A stretch of DNA of 63,877 nt, the filler included, from Octopus bimaculoides (taxonomy: Eukaryota), in assembly GCF_001194135.2 (NCBI RefSeq). It is 6 parts of 6 records of this genome, joined end to end, with 100 filler letters (N's around TTAATTAATTAA, not from the genome) between each part and the next. Parts side by side here need not be neighbours in the genome. Positions count along the whole stretch, not along the records: positions 1 to 27,697 come from NC_068983.1; 5 more parts are not named here. One strand, written 5' to 3'. Below the pieces are notes generated by a model that did not search any database, had not been told where the DNA came from, and worked only from the letters and a program-made list of their open reading frames with translations. Of this stretch, positions 12,125 through 25,015 are shown one piece after another. Each line of letters starts with the position of its first letter. Positions within the stretch are counted from its first letter, which is position 1. A program made the translations under genes and the position numbers.

Positions 12125-12505
12125 GATAAGGTTTTTCTAAGGATGTTAGCATTACTTGTGAGCACAATCTTTTGGATTTCTCTGAGACATGGTTCTCCTG
12201 GGATCTTATCTAGATGTTTCTGACATCCATTTTTTATCATACCTAGGGCACCTACAATAACAGGAACAGTTCTCGTTTTAAGATGCCACATCTTTTGTAT
12301 TTTGATTTCCAGGTCTCTATAGTTACTTAGTTTGTCAAATTCCTTGACAGGTATATTTTTATCAGTGTATAAGTCTTTTCTTCCTTGTCTTTAATAATTA
12401 TGTCAGGTCAATTAGCCTGGATTGTTCTGTCAGGGCTGACTGGAAAATCCTAGAGGATAGTGAAATTTTTACCTTCAACAACTGGCTCCGGATGATGTAC
12501 ATACA
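12125..12505 (-). mobile_element. Degraded REL-endonuclease domain of an R4/Dong-like non-LTR retrotransposon
   Basis: Minus strand reads PEPVVEGKNFTIL*DFPVSPDRTIQAN*PDIIIKDK...KEFDKLSNYRDLEIKIQKMWHLKTRTVPVIVGALGMIK...IQKIVLTSNANILRKTL (PD..D..K REL motif plus VPVIVGALG). Confidence 0.85.
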
Positions 12506-13204
12506 GTAAGCAGGAGTGCTGATTTTGTAGTGTTTACATATTATTATTATCATTATTATTATTATTGTTATTGTTATTAACTATTATCATTATTATAATT
12601 ACTATTATTTTATTTTTTATTTGTTTCAGTCATTTGACTGCGACCATGCTGAGGTACTGCTTTGAAGGGGTTTTATAGTCGAACAATTTGATCCCAGACT
12701 TTGATTTTTTCCTGACCACTAAGTCACAGGAACATAAACACACCTTCACCGGTTGCCAAGTGGTGGTGGGGAACACAGACACAAAGACATACACCCACAG
12801 ATATATACAAATATATACTTATACGACATCATTATTGAACATGATGGTTCACACCATCAAAGTAGGAGTACAAATATTTTAACTGTCCATGAGTAAAATG
12901 GTCAAGCAACACCAATTCCAGAGTACATGTAGATTACATTGTCCCCCACTAATTAAATCCAGTTTGTTGTGCTCATTTGGGAAATGTCACAGGATTTTGC
13001 AAGTCGCTGACTCAGTCACTCTCTATGGTTTGTGGTTGTACCATGTCTTACCTCTTCCAAATTCCCATTTTCACAATTTTTAATAAAAGACTTTAGCTGC
13101 CTCATCATGTTGCCATAATTTATTCTAGTTTTAGGCAAGTCTTGGACATTCATTTACAATATAGGCAACAGTTTCATCATCCTCATCGTCGTTATTATTA
13201 ATAC

Positions 13205-13640
13205 GGGGAGGGTGGCAAGCTGGCAGAATCGTTAGCACATTGGACAAAATACTTAGCAGTATTTCGTCTGTCTTCACATTCTGAATTCAAATTCCATCGA
13301 GGTTGACTTTGTCTTTCATCCTTTTGGGGTTGATTAAATAAGTACCAGTTATGCACTGGGGTCGATGTAATCAACTAAATACCTTCCCCCAAATTTGAGG
13401 CTTTATGCTTCCATTAATAAGATGGCAAGCTTGCTGAACCATTAGTACACCAAACAAAACTGCTTCCTAGTATTTCATTCGTTTTTATGTTCTAAGTTCA
13501 AATTCCACCTAGGTTCACTTTACTTTTCATCCTCTTGAAGTTGATAAGTATCAGTCAAGATCTGGGTTGATGTAATCGACTTCATCTGTCCCTCAAAAAA
13601 CTGTTGTCCCTGAGTCAAAATTTGAAACCATTATTATGTC
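13205..13640 (+). mobile_element. Two family A SINE copies
   Basis: Family A consensus. Confidence 0.8.
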
Positions 13641-13869
13641 ATGAAAGTGATATTGGGGTAAAATATACGAAGCACAATATACCTATCATGTCTACCCGTC
13701 TGATAAGGGTACACCAGACACATGCACCACAACCACATGTGCACGACGTGGTGATTTCATACCAAGATAAAAAGCGCATGTACCAGTTGCATACTGGGTC
13801 GATCTAATCAACTAGCCCCCTCCCACAAATTTCAAGCCTTGTGCCTATATTAGAAAGGATTATTATTAA

Positions 13870-14335
13870 TTGGCACCTGTGCCAGTGGAGCACTAACAGC
13901 ACCATCCGAGCATCATCATTGCCAGAGCAGCTGTCTGGATTCCGTGCCAGTGGCACGTAAAAACACCATTTGAGCGTGATTGTTACCAGCGTCGCCTTAC
14001 TGGCACTTGTGCCGGTGGCATGTGAAAAAACGTTCGAGTGAGGTTGTTGCCAGTGCCGTTGGACTGACTCCTGTGCAGGTGGCATGTGAAAAAGCACCAT
14101 TTTGTGCGTGGCCGTTGCCAGTACCGCCTGACTAGCCCTCGTGCTGGTGACATGTAAAAACACCCACTACACTCTCAGACTGGTTGGCGTTAGGAAGGGC
14201 ATCCAGCTGTAGAAACATTGCCAAATAAGATTGGAGCCTAGTGCAGCCAATGGTTCGCCAGTCCTCAGTCAAATCGTCCAACCCATGCTAGCATGGAAAG
14301 CGGATGTTAAACGATGATGATGATGATGATGATTA
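13870..14335 (+). mobile_element. SINE family C copy with an internal tandem array of ~60-bp hairpin units
   Basis: Repeated GTGCC(A/G)GTGGCAC/T-GT(A/G)AAAA-CACC units followed by the family C core and (GAT)n tail. Confidence 0.85.
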
Positions 14336-15329
14336 TTGTAATACTCTGTAGAATTATAACCCTTAGCTTTCTATATCTAGAGAAGCATAAATAAATCTGA
14401 GTTTTCTGTGGTATATTAAACTATTAAATTATTAATTTAATGACATCCTTTTTACACAAAATATATTTAGAGTTTTAAAGCAGGTTTAATCATAAAATAA
14501 TTTTATGGTTGAAATCTCAAGTTGTTGAGGGAACATGTGCTGACAGCAGAATAATTATGATTCCATAAACTTCAAGGATTTGTTGTAGTTTCCCCATTTA
14601 GTTGAATATTTTCTAATATACATCAGTGATTGGCAAACCGTGTTGCATTTGGCTTTCTGAAAAGCATGCCTAACTTCGTGAGGAAAATAACATATTAAAA
14701 TTCTGTTGGTTTTGTTTCTTTCTCATTTGTTCGTTCAGATTTTTTCTCAGGGGAAAAATAATGATGCCAAAGTGTGATAGTTATTAAATGTTCAATTAAT
14801 CTCTCTTATTAATTCTTGTTGCAATGTGGGTATACATCGTCATCGTCGTTTAACGTTCTTCTTCCATGCTGGCATGGGTTGGATGGTTTGACAGGAGCTG
14901 GCCAGGCAGGAGCCTGCACCATGCTCCTCTGTTTGTTTTGGCAGGGTTTTTTTATGGCTGGATACCCTTCCTAACACCAACCACCCCACAGAGTGGGCTG
15001 GGTGCTTTTTATGTGGTACTCACACAGGTGAGGTCAGTTTTGGCAAGGTTTTTATAGCTGCATACCCTTCGTAATGCCAACCATTTTACACTGTGGACAG
15101 GGTCACCAAGTATCTTTGCAAGACAAGGAATCTTAATGAAGATGTGCACCATCATCAGTCATCCACGTAATTTTAAATGTGCCTCAGAGACAATTTGGAG
15201 AGATTGTTACCTCACTGGGAAACAGATGAGGGTTGGCATCAGGAAAAGCATCCAACCAGAAAAATTTGGTTCCGTATCGATATGGTTTTTATCGATAGGG
15301 TTATAATGCCAATATACAGTAATTGCAAA

Positions 15330-15690
15330 TTAAGTACCAGCTTCATGAACACAATTCCCAGAAGAGATAGTGGTAACATCACTTTGATTAGACTTGCTCC
15401 TACAATCCAGGAATGCTAAAACAATCATTGTGACCAAACACACTGGGAGGACAGACTTGATGTTTCCCTCCAGGTAAAGAAATCGAAATATCAGGACTTA
15501 ATCAATGGGGCCTTTGTTAAGGGGTGACATGCTTTCTCATTCCCTATTTAAGTAGGCTGCTGCAGCTTTCCATCTAGATCAGTGTCACTATTTCTTGCAA
15601 AAGATAGGTCTGGAATCCAACAACTGAAGAGAGCTACCAAGGAAATAGACACAGCAGTTGAAACTAACTCAAGGTTGTTATAATTGATTA
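15330..15690 (+). mobile_element. Degraded REL domain of a Hero/R2-like retrotransposon
   Basis: Plus strand reads HWEDRLDVSLQVKKSKYQDLINGAFVKG*HAFSFPI*VGCCSF...QLKRATKEIDTAVETNSR, similar to the PWEE..A..RK..Y..L....GW....EVG.RGF pattern also seen at 62800-62950. Confidence 0.6.
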
Positions 15691-16492
15691 GAGACCACAA
15701 GTGAAGCCCTCCCATGGGTGAAGACTAGCTTACTCCTCACTACCCCACTCAGGTGAAGTGTACAGGCTAAATGGTGAAACGCTTGTGATCCTGAGACTCA
15801 TGTTCATGATAATAGAAGGGTTTCCAGCCCTGTAATGGATTTGGAAGAGCTAAAAAAAACCTGAGTAGTTCCTGCAGTTTCTGCACAGGACAAAGCATCT
15901 CTGATATCTATTTCACCTATAGGATATCACCCTACATTCAAATACGTCTCTTGTTGGTTTTCTCAATATTTTTCATTTTTATCAGACATGAAACATATTT
16001 GTTGTTGCCAAAAGTAATTTACATGGAATTGGCAAAGATCTGCCTGAAAAGAAATTAAATGCTGTTTATTCCTTTATCAGTGTTACATATCATTCTAAAT
16101 GTTTTAAAACCAATGAATTACAGAGGAGAAATTCACTGCTATAACTACACAGTTCTCTGCATCTCTTCATTTTACAAATCTAATTAGTAATTAAATATTG
16201 TTGTTGTTATTGTTGTTGCTGTTGTATGTCCATCCTCATTCCTATCTATCCAGCTAATCATTTAGTAAATAGCACACTTGTGATTTGCAACAGAAATAAT
16301 CTTCCACATGCTATTTATGTTACATAGATGAATGCAGTATATTTTACTTGCCAACATCTTACTAACATGACTAATTAATCAAATTTCCTCCTCCCTGGTT
16401 GTATTATAATTCACCATTATCAAATACAATTATCTCTCTGAATTTGCTGGAACAAATGCTGAGTTTTCAAAACATTCTCTTCATAATGCACA

Positions 16493-16665
16493 GGAGTGGC
16501 AGTGCGGTCAGAACGTTGCTTTGCAACGGCATGGTTCTGCATTTAGCCCCATTGCATGGTACCTTGGGCAGGTGTTTTCTTGTGTAGTCCCTGGCTGACC
16601 AAAGCCTTGTGAGTAGATTTGAGAGAGAGAAGCTGAAAGAAACCCATCATATATATACATATATA

Positions 16666-16711
<46 letters not shown>

Positions 16712-16910
16712 TTTGTGTCTGTCTCCCTCATCACTGCTTGCCATCCAGTGTTGGTATGTTTACATCACTGTAACTTAGCGGTTTGGCAAAAGGAACCTGG
16801 AGAATATGTAACAGACTTCGAAAGAAATACTGGGATCAATTCATTCAACTAAAATAAATTCTTTGAGGTGGTGCTCCAGTATGGCCACAGTCTAATGACT
16901 AAAACAAAAG
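16493..16910 (+). mobile_element. SINE family B copy
   Basis: Head AGGAGTGGC.GTGCGGT, internal (TG)n, family B tail. Confidence 0.85.
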
Positions 16911-17279
16911 AATTATGAGAAAAAATAACAAAATAAAACTAGTTTTATTCCCACAAAACTACTTATATTTGTTTGTTTTTTTGTTTTTTTTTTTGGCATG
17001 TCACTTTGAAAATTATAATATATTTTTGAACAGGAGTTTAACAGTGCCATCTCTAGTCAAGCAATTACTCTGTGCTGAGGAAAGGAAATAACTCAGAAAC
17101 CGCGATCCACAGATATTGCTTTGTGCTAAGTGGGGATGCTAAACTCCCCTGTTTGAAAATATAAGGGCACAGATTGTGTGTCATATAGCCTGCTGGAGAT
17201 GATGTTTCCTGGGGCTAAATACCAGTAACATTTATCCCAGCATGGACTGCCACATTATGTTGGCAAAAAATCTTTACTT

Positions 17280-17615
17280 TGTGAAGGCTCATGGCTCAGT
17301 GGTTAGAGCATCGAGATTACTATCAAAAAGTTGTGAGTTTGATTCCCGGATCGGGCTACATGTTGTGTTCTTGAGCAAGACACTTTATTTCACGTTGCTC
17401 CAGTTCACTCATCTGTGGAAATGAGTTGCGACGTCAATGGTGCCAAGCTGTATCAGCTTTTGCCTTTCCCTTGGGTAACATCAGTGGCGTGGGAAGGAGA
17501 GGCTGGTATGCATGGGCGACTGTTGGTCTTCCATAAACAACCTTGCCCAGGCTTGTGCCTCGGAGGGTAACTTTCTAGGTGCAATCCCAGGGTCATTCAT
17601 GACCGAAGGGGGTCA
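17280..17615 (+). mobile_element. tRNA-headed SINE (family D-type head, different body)
   Basis: TGGCTCAGTGGTTAGAGC..GAGTTTGATTCCCGG head; the body diverges from family D after GTTGCTCCAGT.CACTCA. Confidence 0.7.
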
Positions 17616-18517
17616 TCCACACCCTCAGTTTTTATTTTAATAATAACTATTATGTTCTGTTATTCCTCCCCATCATGGGCTACACCAAAAATGCAAAAAT
17701 GCTTCAATTGCAATAAAAGAATCCAGGTTTTCCACTCGTCTTCATGGAATATGTTGCTATTTAAGAACAAGTCTGTAAAATCTGCTACAAGGTGCAGATG
17801 AAACAAGCAATTACACGGATATTGGCACTTGACCAGTCGAGGACTGAACTCAGCATATAAAGGGGTGTAACAAAATACCTCAAGGATTGGTGGACACACT
17901 GTCTACTCTGCTATCTGTTGTCCTAATACTAACAGAAGGCACGGAGCACCGAGATGACTGGAAGGAAAGTTGAAGGGAAAATATTCTGTGCTGCCATATT
18001 TTTGGTGGTTTGGTGAGATATTTTAAGAATCATAAATCTCTTGGCCTCTTTTTACACTTTCATGCATAACTTTCATGCTTAATTAAAATGTCATTATATC
18101 CTCTCCACCCCCTTCATCCCCCCATCATCATCCTTTAACGTCCATTTTCCATGCTGGCCTTAGTGATTGATTATAAATTTAATTAGATGCCTTATAATAG
18201 TTTATCATGCTACAAAAGTAGTGACTTGAAAGAAATCTCAAAGCACTGCAATTAATGAAACAATAATTATTTATTCATTTAATGTTGACTATTGTATAAA
18301 AAAAAAAAAGAAATACCATAGTAAGGATTAATATTTCTATTTCCTGTTGAGTTAGTTTCTTGGCATTTTGAGTTCCCCCTGTGGATGCACAGGGTCTTCT
18401 GTCAAGTCATTTCAGTGAATAAAATTTCAGGGAGATAAAAGCAGGGTACTGATCGGTAAGAAACTGATTGGCAGTGAAATATAAATAAAAAGAAGTTAAA
18501 GATATATTTTCAACAGT

Positions 18518-18567
<50 letters not shown>

Positions 18568-19204
18568 NNNNNNNNNNNNNNNNNNNNNNNNNNNNNNNNN
18601 NNNNNNNNNNNNNNNNNNNNNNNNNNNNNNNNNNNNNNNNNNNNNNNNNNNNNNNNNNNNNNNNNNNNNNNNNNNNNNNNNNNNNNNNNNNNNNNNNNNN
18701 NNNNNNNNNNNNNNNNNNNNNNNNNNNNNNNNNNNNNNNNNNNNNNNNNNNNNNNNNNNNNNNNNNNNNNNNNNNNNNNNNNNNNNNNNNNNNNNNNNNN
18801 NNNNNNNNNNNNNNNNNNNNNNNNNNNNNNNNNNNNNNNNNNNNNNNNNNNNNNNNNNNNNNNNNNNNNNNNNNNNNNNNNNNNNNNNNNNNNNNNNNNN
18901 NNNNNNNNNNNNNNNNNNNNNNNNNNNNNNNATATATATATATATATACATATATACTGTTTAGTATTTATGCATTGAAAATATATCTTTCTACTTGTTC
19001 TACAACACATTTCAATGCATCAAAAACAAACAAATTTATGACGTAAAAAGAAGTTAATAAAATGTTATAGTTTGCTTCAAGCATTTTATATGGAATGTGA
19101 CGTTGAAAGAGATGGAAGGTTAAACAATGCAAAATGGATTGTAAGATGAGGTAACGAAATTTAAAACTAAGTTATCTAGTAATCTTTGTCTTATGTGTCC
19201 AAAG

Positions 19205-19515
19205 TGAAGGTGCGTGGCTTAGTGGTTAGGGCATTTGGCTCATGATCGCGAGTTCAATTCCTGCCGACATGTTGTGTCCTTGAGCAAGACACTTTATTTC
19301 ACGTTGCTCCAGTCCACTCAGCTGGCAAAAATGAGTAGTACCTGTATTTCAAAGGCCAGCCTCGTCATGCTCTGTGTCACACTGAGTCTCCCTGAGAACT
19401 ACGTTAAGGGTACACGTGTTTGTGGAGTGCTCAGCTACTTGCACGTTAATTTCATGAGCAAGCTGTTCTGCTGATCACATCAGTGGGGACCCTCGTCGTC
19501 ATAACCAAACAAGTG
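19205..19515 (+). mobile_element. SINE family D copy
   Basis: Matches 8699-9005. Confidence 0.85.
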
Positions 19516-20584
19516 CTCCTTTTTTTTATGCGTCCAATATTTCGGAACTTAAAAGTCTCTTCATTAGAGTTTAAGGAACTTTCTTTGGATTTNNNNNNNN
19601 NNNNNNNNNNNNNNNNNNNNNNNNNNNNNNNNNNNNNNNNNNNNNNNNNNNNNNNNNNNNNNNNNNNNNNNNNNNNNNNNNNNNNNNNNNNNNNNNNNNN
19701 NNNNNNNNNNNNNNNNNNNNNNNNNNNNNNNNNNNNNNNNNNNNNNNNNNNNNNNNNNNNNNNNNNNNNNNNNNNNNNNNNNNNNNNNNNNNNNNNNNNN
19801 NNNNNNNNNNNNNNNNNNNNNNNNNNNNNNNNNNNNNNNNNNNNNNNNNNNNNNNNNNNNNNNNNNNNNNNNNNNNNNNNNNNNNNNNNNNNNNNNNNNN
19901 NNNNNNNNNNNNNNNNNNNNNNNNNNNNNNNNNNNNNNNNNNNNNNNNNNNNNNNNNNNNNNNNNNNNNNNNNNNNNNNNNNNNNNNNNNNNNNNNNNNN
20001 GGCACATAAAAGACACCATTTCGAGCGTGGCCGTTTTCGTGCGGGTGACACGTAAAAGCGCCCACTACACTCTCTGAGTGGTTGGCATTAGGAAGGGCAT
20101 CCAGCTGTAGAAACTCTGCCAAATTAGATTGGAGCCTAGTGTAGCCATCCGGTTGCACCAGTCCTCAGTCAAATCGTCCAACCCATGCTAGCATGGAAAG
20201 CGGACATTAAACGACGATGATGATGATGATGATGATGTTTAGCTTGTGTGCCGGTGGGTGTATATTTTTATGTTAAGTACTGTGTGCCGAGTTCTAATCT
20301 ATTATCTATTTGCAGGTTGAAGCTATGTATAAGCAAGGCTTCCTTAATTCTTAAGATGCCTGCATTTCTAAGAAGTTATTTGTGGTAAAATTTAAAACGT
20401 TCATCTTCAACAATGTAACTTTTCTAAATTGTTGCTCATGAGATAAATGTGTAAAACGTAAAGCCATAGGCATCTCCTACAGGCTGACGATATTATTTCC
20501 ATTATTGAAGTGATAAAACTATTTCAAAGACAGATTCAGACATAAAAAATAAAGAAGCTCCAGTCAAAGACTTCAAGATGGTGA

Positions 20585-21342
20585 TTAACCCATTTGGTAC
20601 CAACCCACCTGAGACCACCTCTACTGCTGTGATGAAATTTTTCTATTTCAAAGTGATCTAAATTAAACCCTTTCATCAAATTTTGTATTAATTTACGTTT
20701 CAAACACCAGCTTAATGAGAATTATCAGCTTAATAACGACAGAGTTATCAGATTAATAATGACAGTTATTTTACTAAATTCTTTCTTAATTAATTGAAAA
20801 TTAATTGAAACAAAGGCAGTATATTTGAACCATATTGTGATAACAAAAAAAAGGGGGTTAAACGTTTTGCTACAACTCACCTGTGATTGGTCCTGTTTCT
20901 ATGATACAAACTTTTTTCTTTTTTTTTTTTTTTNNNNNNNNNNTTTTTTTTTTTTTTTTTTTTTACAGTGGTTTAAATCAAAACCTTCTCTTAAAATTCC
21001 TTGTTAATTTATGTTCCAAACATCAGCTTAATAATGAGTTATTTTACTAAATTCTTCATTATTTTCAAAATTAATTGAAACAAAAGACAGTGTATTTGAG
21101 TAGTAATGTGGAAGCAAAACCGTTAACCCTTTTCATACCATTCCACATAAGTCTGGTCTTGTTTCTATGCTGCAAACTTCATGTTTCAAAGTGATCTAAA
21201 TTAAAATCTTCCATCAAGAATTTCAGGTTAATTTATGTTCCAAACACATGCGTATTAACGACAAAGTTATTTTACTAAATTCTAAATTATTTTCCCAAAA
21301 TTAATTCAAACAAAAGCAGGGCATTTCAACAGAAATAGTTAA
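20585..21342. mobile_element. Tandem array of about three piggyBac-type MITE units joined at TTAA
   Basis: TTAA|CCC at 20585 and 21123, GGG|TTAA at 20858. The internal block AAAGTGATCTAAATTAAA...TTATTTTACTAAATTC...TTAATTGAAACAAA is repeated three times. Confidence 0.7.
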
Positions 21343-21929
21343 AGGAATCTAAATAGCTGTGGTGTACAGAAAAGCAGTCAAGCATCTGGTAAATAGTTTT
21401 ACTCTGAGTAAAGGAAATTTGTATGAAGATGTTTAGTATTTTATAGCCACAAGAATAGTTATATAAAAAAATTTCTTTTTTAATTTTCAAACCTTTTAAA
21501 CTTTCAAGACGTTTGTGTCCACAAACCTTTTAAAGCTTTTATATCCTTAACCATTTTAAGAAAAAAAATTATACCCACCAACATATTACAGAGAATTAAA
21601 CCTCCTTGTACTTTACTACCTCTATGATGTGTAGATAGGAATGTAATATGAAAAGATATTAATAAAAGATAAAATGTTGGGTTTATAAGCCCCAAAATTC
21701 ACTCTATAATTGCCTATCATCTACTAACCCTCGGATTCTGAGCTCAGGTCGGGGAGGGACTTGTGAAATGATATCAACAGAAAAAAAAAAGATAATATCT
21801 GCAAAAAAGAATACCTTAGGAATTCTAAAATCTGTAAAAGAACTCGAAAGTTTGGGCCTCCATCCAAGCCTTTCATGATAGCCTTAAAGCCAGGAATTTT
21901 TTTAGCACCCCCTTGTATACATTCATATA

Positions 21930-22495
21930 TCATCGTCATCATCGTTTAATGTCCGCTTTCCATGATAGCATGGGTTGGACGATTTGACTGAGGACTGGCG
22001 AACCAGATGGCTACACCAGATTCCAATCTGATCTGGCAGAGTTTCTACAGCTGGATGCTCTTCCTAATGCCAACCACTCCGAGAGTGTAGTGGGTGCTTT
22101 TACGTGCCACCGGCACGAAGGCCAGTCAGGCAGTACTGGCAACGGCCACAGTCAGAATGGTGTATTTTACGTGCCGCCTGCACAGGAGCCAGTCCGGCAG
22201 CACTAGCAATGACCTCGCTTGAATGTCTTTTCACGTGCCACCGGCACAAGTGCCAGGAAGACAATGCTGGTAATGATTACGCTCAAATGGTGCTATTTAC
22301 GTGCCACTGGCATGGAAGTCAGACAGCTGCTCTGGCAACAACGATCATGCTCGGATGGTGCTCTTAGCACTCCGCTGATACAGATGCCATCGTGATTTCG
22401 CCTTCTCTTGCCCCAACAGGTCTTCGCAAGCCGAGTTTAGTGTCCAATGAAGGAGAGGTTAGCATGGGTGCCAGTCGTTGAATTTGGTTCGATTT
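21930..22495 (-). mobile_element. Long SINE family C copy with internal tandem units and 5' region
   Basis: (CAT)n tail at 21930, family C core and several GTGCCACCGGCAC units. Confidence 0.85.
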
Positions 22496-22514
22496 CGATT
22501 TATATATATATATG

Positions 22515-22582
<68 letters not shown>

Positions 22583-22593
22583 TACATACATAC

Positions 22594-22806
22594 ATACAAG
22601 GATGTGCTGAAGAATTCCTGGCTTCAGGTTAAAGAAATTACAGGAGGATCAGTTAATTATGATTTTATTCAACTTATTCCCCTCTCAGATTCACATACTT
22701 ACTGCAGCAGACCTTCAGTTTTTTCTAAGCCCTGTCAAAGAAGTCAGAAGGCTGGGCCTCAAACCAGGCCTTCACAATACCCTTAAAGCCAGGAACTTTC
22801 CAGCAG
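22594..22806. mobile_element. Tc1/mariner-type MITE
   Basis: Ends TACAAGGATGTGCTGAAGAATTCCTGGCTT ... AAGCCAGGAACTTTCCAGCA. A second copy lies at 47577-47774 and a half copy at about 21850-21918. Confidence 0.7.
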
Positions 22807-24444
22807 AGATATATATAGATAGATAGATGCATGCGTGTAGAATTGCATGTTTGTATGAATGTATATATGTATAGATGTATGCATGCATTCATTTCATATC
22901 TGTATATTTCAAGAATGCATTCACACTTAACAGCTACAATATCAACCTGATCATCATAATCAACATCTTTCTCATTATCCTCGTTATCCTTTTTGTTATC
23001 GTCATCAGTTTGCTAAGCCACCAAGTAGGTGCCACTCTCATACCACAATTAACTGATTGACTGGAGGATGATATTTACTAGTATAAAAAAGATTCTCTGG
23101 GTTTTTTTTTTTTCAAGAATACGCAAATGTTTCGATTTGTGAAAATGAGCCCCTGCCTAGCAACAACACCAACAAGAACAGCAACAACAACAAAATTAAA
23201 GAAATATTGATGAATCAATTCCCTGCAGATAAACAGTATTTTCCAATTTTTATTTTCTCATCCATCAAGCTATGAGTGATTTGAGAAATAAGAAGAAATT
23301 GATATCAGACCATTCCGAAGTAGGGAGAAACTAAAATCACGAAATTGGTCTTGTTATTTATGCCAGGAAAAATCCAGTTCAGCAGACCTATGATCAAAAA
23401 GCATTCCAAATGTGACCATCGCATCTTTTACCCAAGTAATTGCACCAAGGAAACAACACAATAAATAATGATCTATTGTGTTGTTTCCTGTGGTGTTGCA
23501 GAGATTTGGCTGCTGTTTCTAGCAGGCTGAACAACCATGTAGAGGTAATTTTCTTGGCTCAAAAATAAGACAGTTGAGTTGCATTTGAACCTTAATCCAG
23601 TATAATTCCACATGGCAGTCTTTTTTCTTTTCAGTCACTGGACTGTGGCCATGCTGGAACACAGCCTTGAAAGATTTTACTTAAAAGAATTGACCTCATT
23701 ACTTAATTTTTTTATTTAAAGTCGGGTATTTATTGTATCAGTCTCTTTTGCTGAACAACTAAGTTACAGGGATGTGAACAAACCAACTTTGTTATTAAGC
23801 AGAACATAGAGGACAAACACACACACATACACAAACACATATATGTATATACACATATCAGATTCTCATGTTAGCTTCGACGTATGAGGATCTGACAGCC
23901 AATCTTATGGATGTTAGATGACCCATACAGATGATTTGTTTTCAACGGAAAGGTTTTCATGGGACCAGACACACATTCTGGAAATGCTGATAGCAGAGAA
24001 TTGGTCCAAATATACTCGGTGGCCCTGTTGGTGCTGGTGCCATTTAAAAAGCACCCATTCTGCTCTGTAAAGTGGTTGGCTTTAGGAAGGGCATCAAGCC
24101 ATAGAAATCATGTCAAGACAGACAAAATATTCCTGGTCTTACATGCTCCTGTGAAACCCTCCAACCCATGCCAGCATAGAAAACAGATGTTAGATGATAT
24201 ATATATGTAGATGTATGTGTTTGTATAGTAATATGTAAAGGTAAGATCCAAGGATCAAGGTGTAGGAAGGTAGTAAGCTTCAAGCAGTCCATAGAAAATA
24301 TAAAAAGCAACTTTCAGGAACAATAATAGTTTATTGACATAGAAACATAGAAGTAACTAGGAAACATATGTAGACTTGATTTTATTTATTCCATTCCCTA
24401 AATTTGGATACATGTGTATATATATATATATATATATTCGCCAT

Positions 24445-24805
24445 GATTGATCACTAGCCACAAAACCTTTTTTATTTTATCTCTGCTTATTTCTGTGTTC
24501 CTTTCTGTCGAAGAGCATAGGCTTGAAATGTAAAAGACTTTCTCACTTCCCGAGCATTAAACTAATACATCTATTCGTTGTTTACACACCCGTCTTTGTC
24601 TTTTGTTTTTTTGTAAATTTTCACTATATATATAGGGAGAATTCACAAAAAAAACAACAGACAAAGACAGGTGGTGTTGAAAACAAACAGATGTGTTAGT
24701 ATAATGCTCGGGAATTGAAAAAGTCTTTAACGTTTCGAGCCTATGCTCTTTAACAGAAAGAAACAAGGAGAAAAAAAAATTGTGTGTAGTGATTAGTGAT
24801 CTATC
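24445..24805. mobile_element. ~360-bp imperfect palindrome; inverted Penelope-type terminal repeat with hammerhead-like motifs
   Basis: Arms pair around a CACTATATATATAGGG centre (24622-24637). Each arm carries CTTT-CTGT(CG/TA)A-A-GAGC-ATAG-GCT(T/C)-GAAA-(T/C)GT(A/T)-AAAG. Confidence 0.7.
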
Positions 24806-24814
24806 ATATGTAAG

Positions 24815-25015
24815 AAAGATCCAGAGGAATAACTACAATGTAGCCAGATGTCACATAAGTGTCCTATGAATCAGTGATCACACTTGACGCACACTGTTGT
24901 TTATATCTTCCTTGATGAGATTGCTGCATTACTCCACATAATTCATTCTGTCGGATTTATTTTGAATGCATCCATTAAAACATACGTCGATGATATGAAG
25001 ATATTAAAGATTTAA
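24815..25015 (+). mobile_element. Degraded CR1/L2-type reverse transcriptase fragment
   Basis: Frame-shifted residues resemble GVPQGSVLGPLLF (..SVL*ISD..RTLLFI) followed by SIKTYVDDMKIL (YADD motif). Confidence 0.5.

Noticed and set aside
13880-14165. Palindromic repeat units with variable spacers that look CRISPR-like
   Set aside because: Eukaryotic DNA, no cas genes; the spacers are homologous to one another and the units belong to SINE family C.
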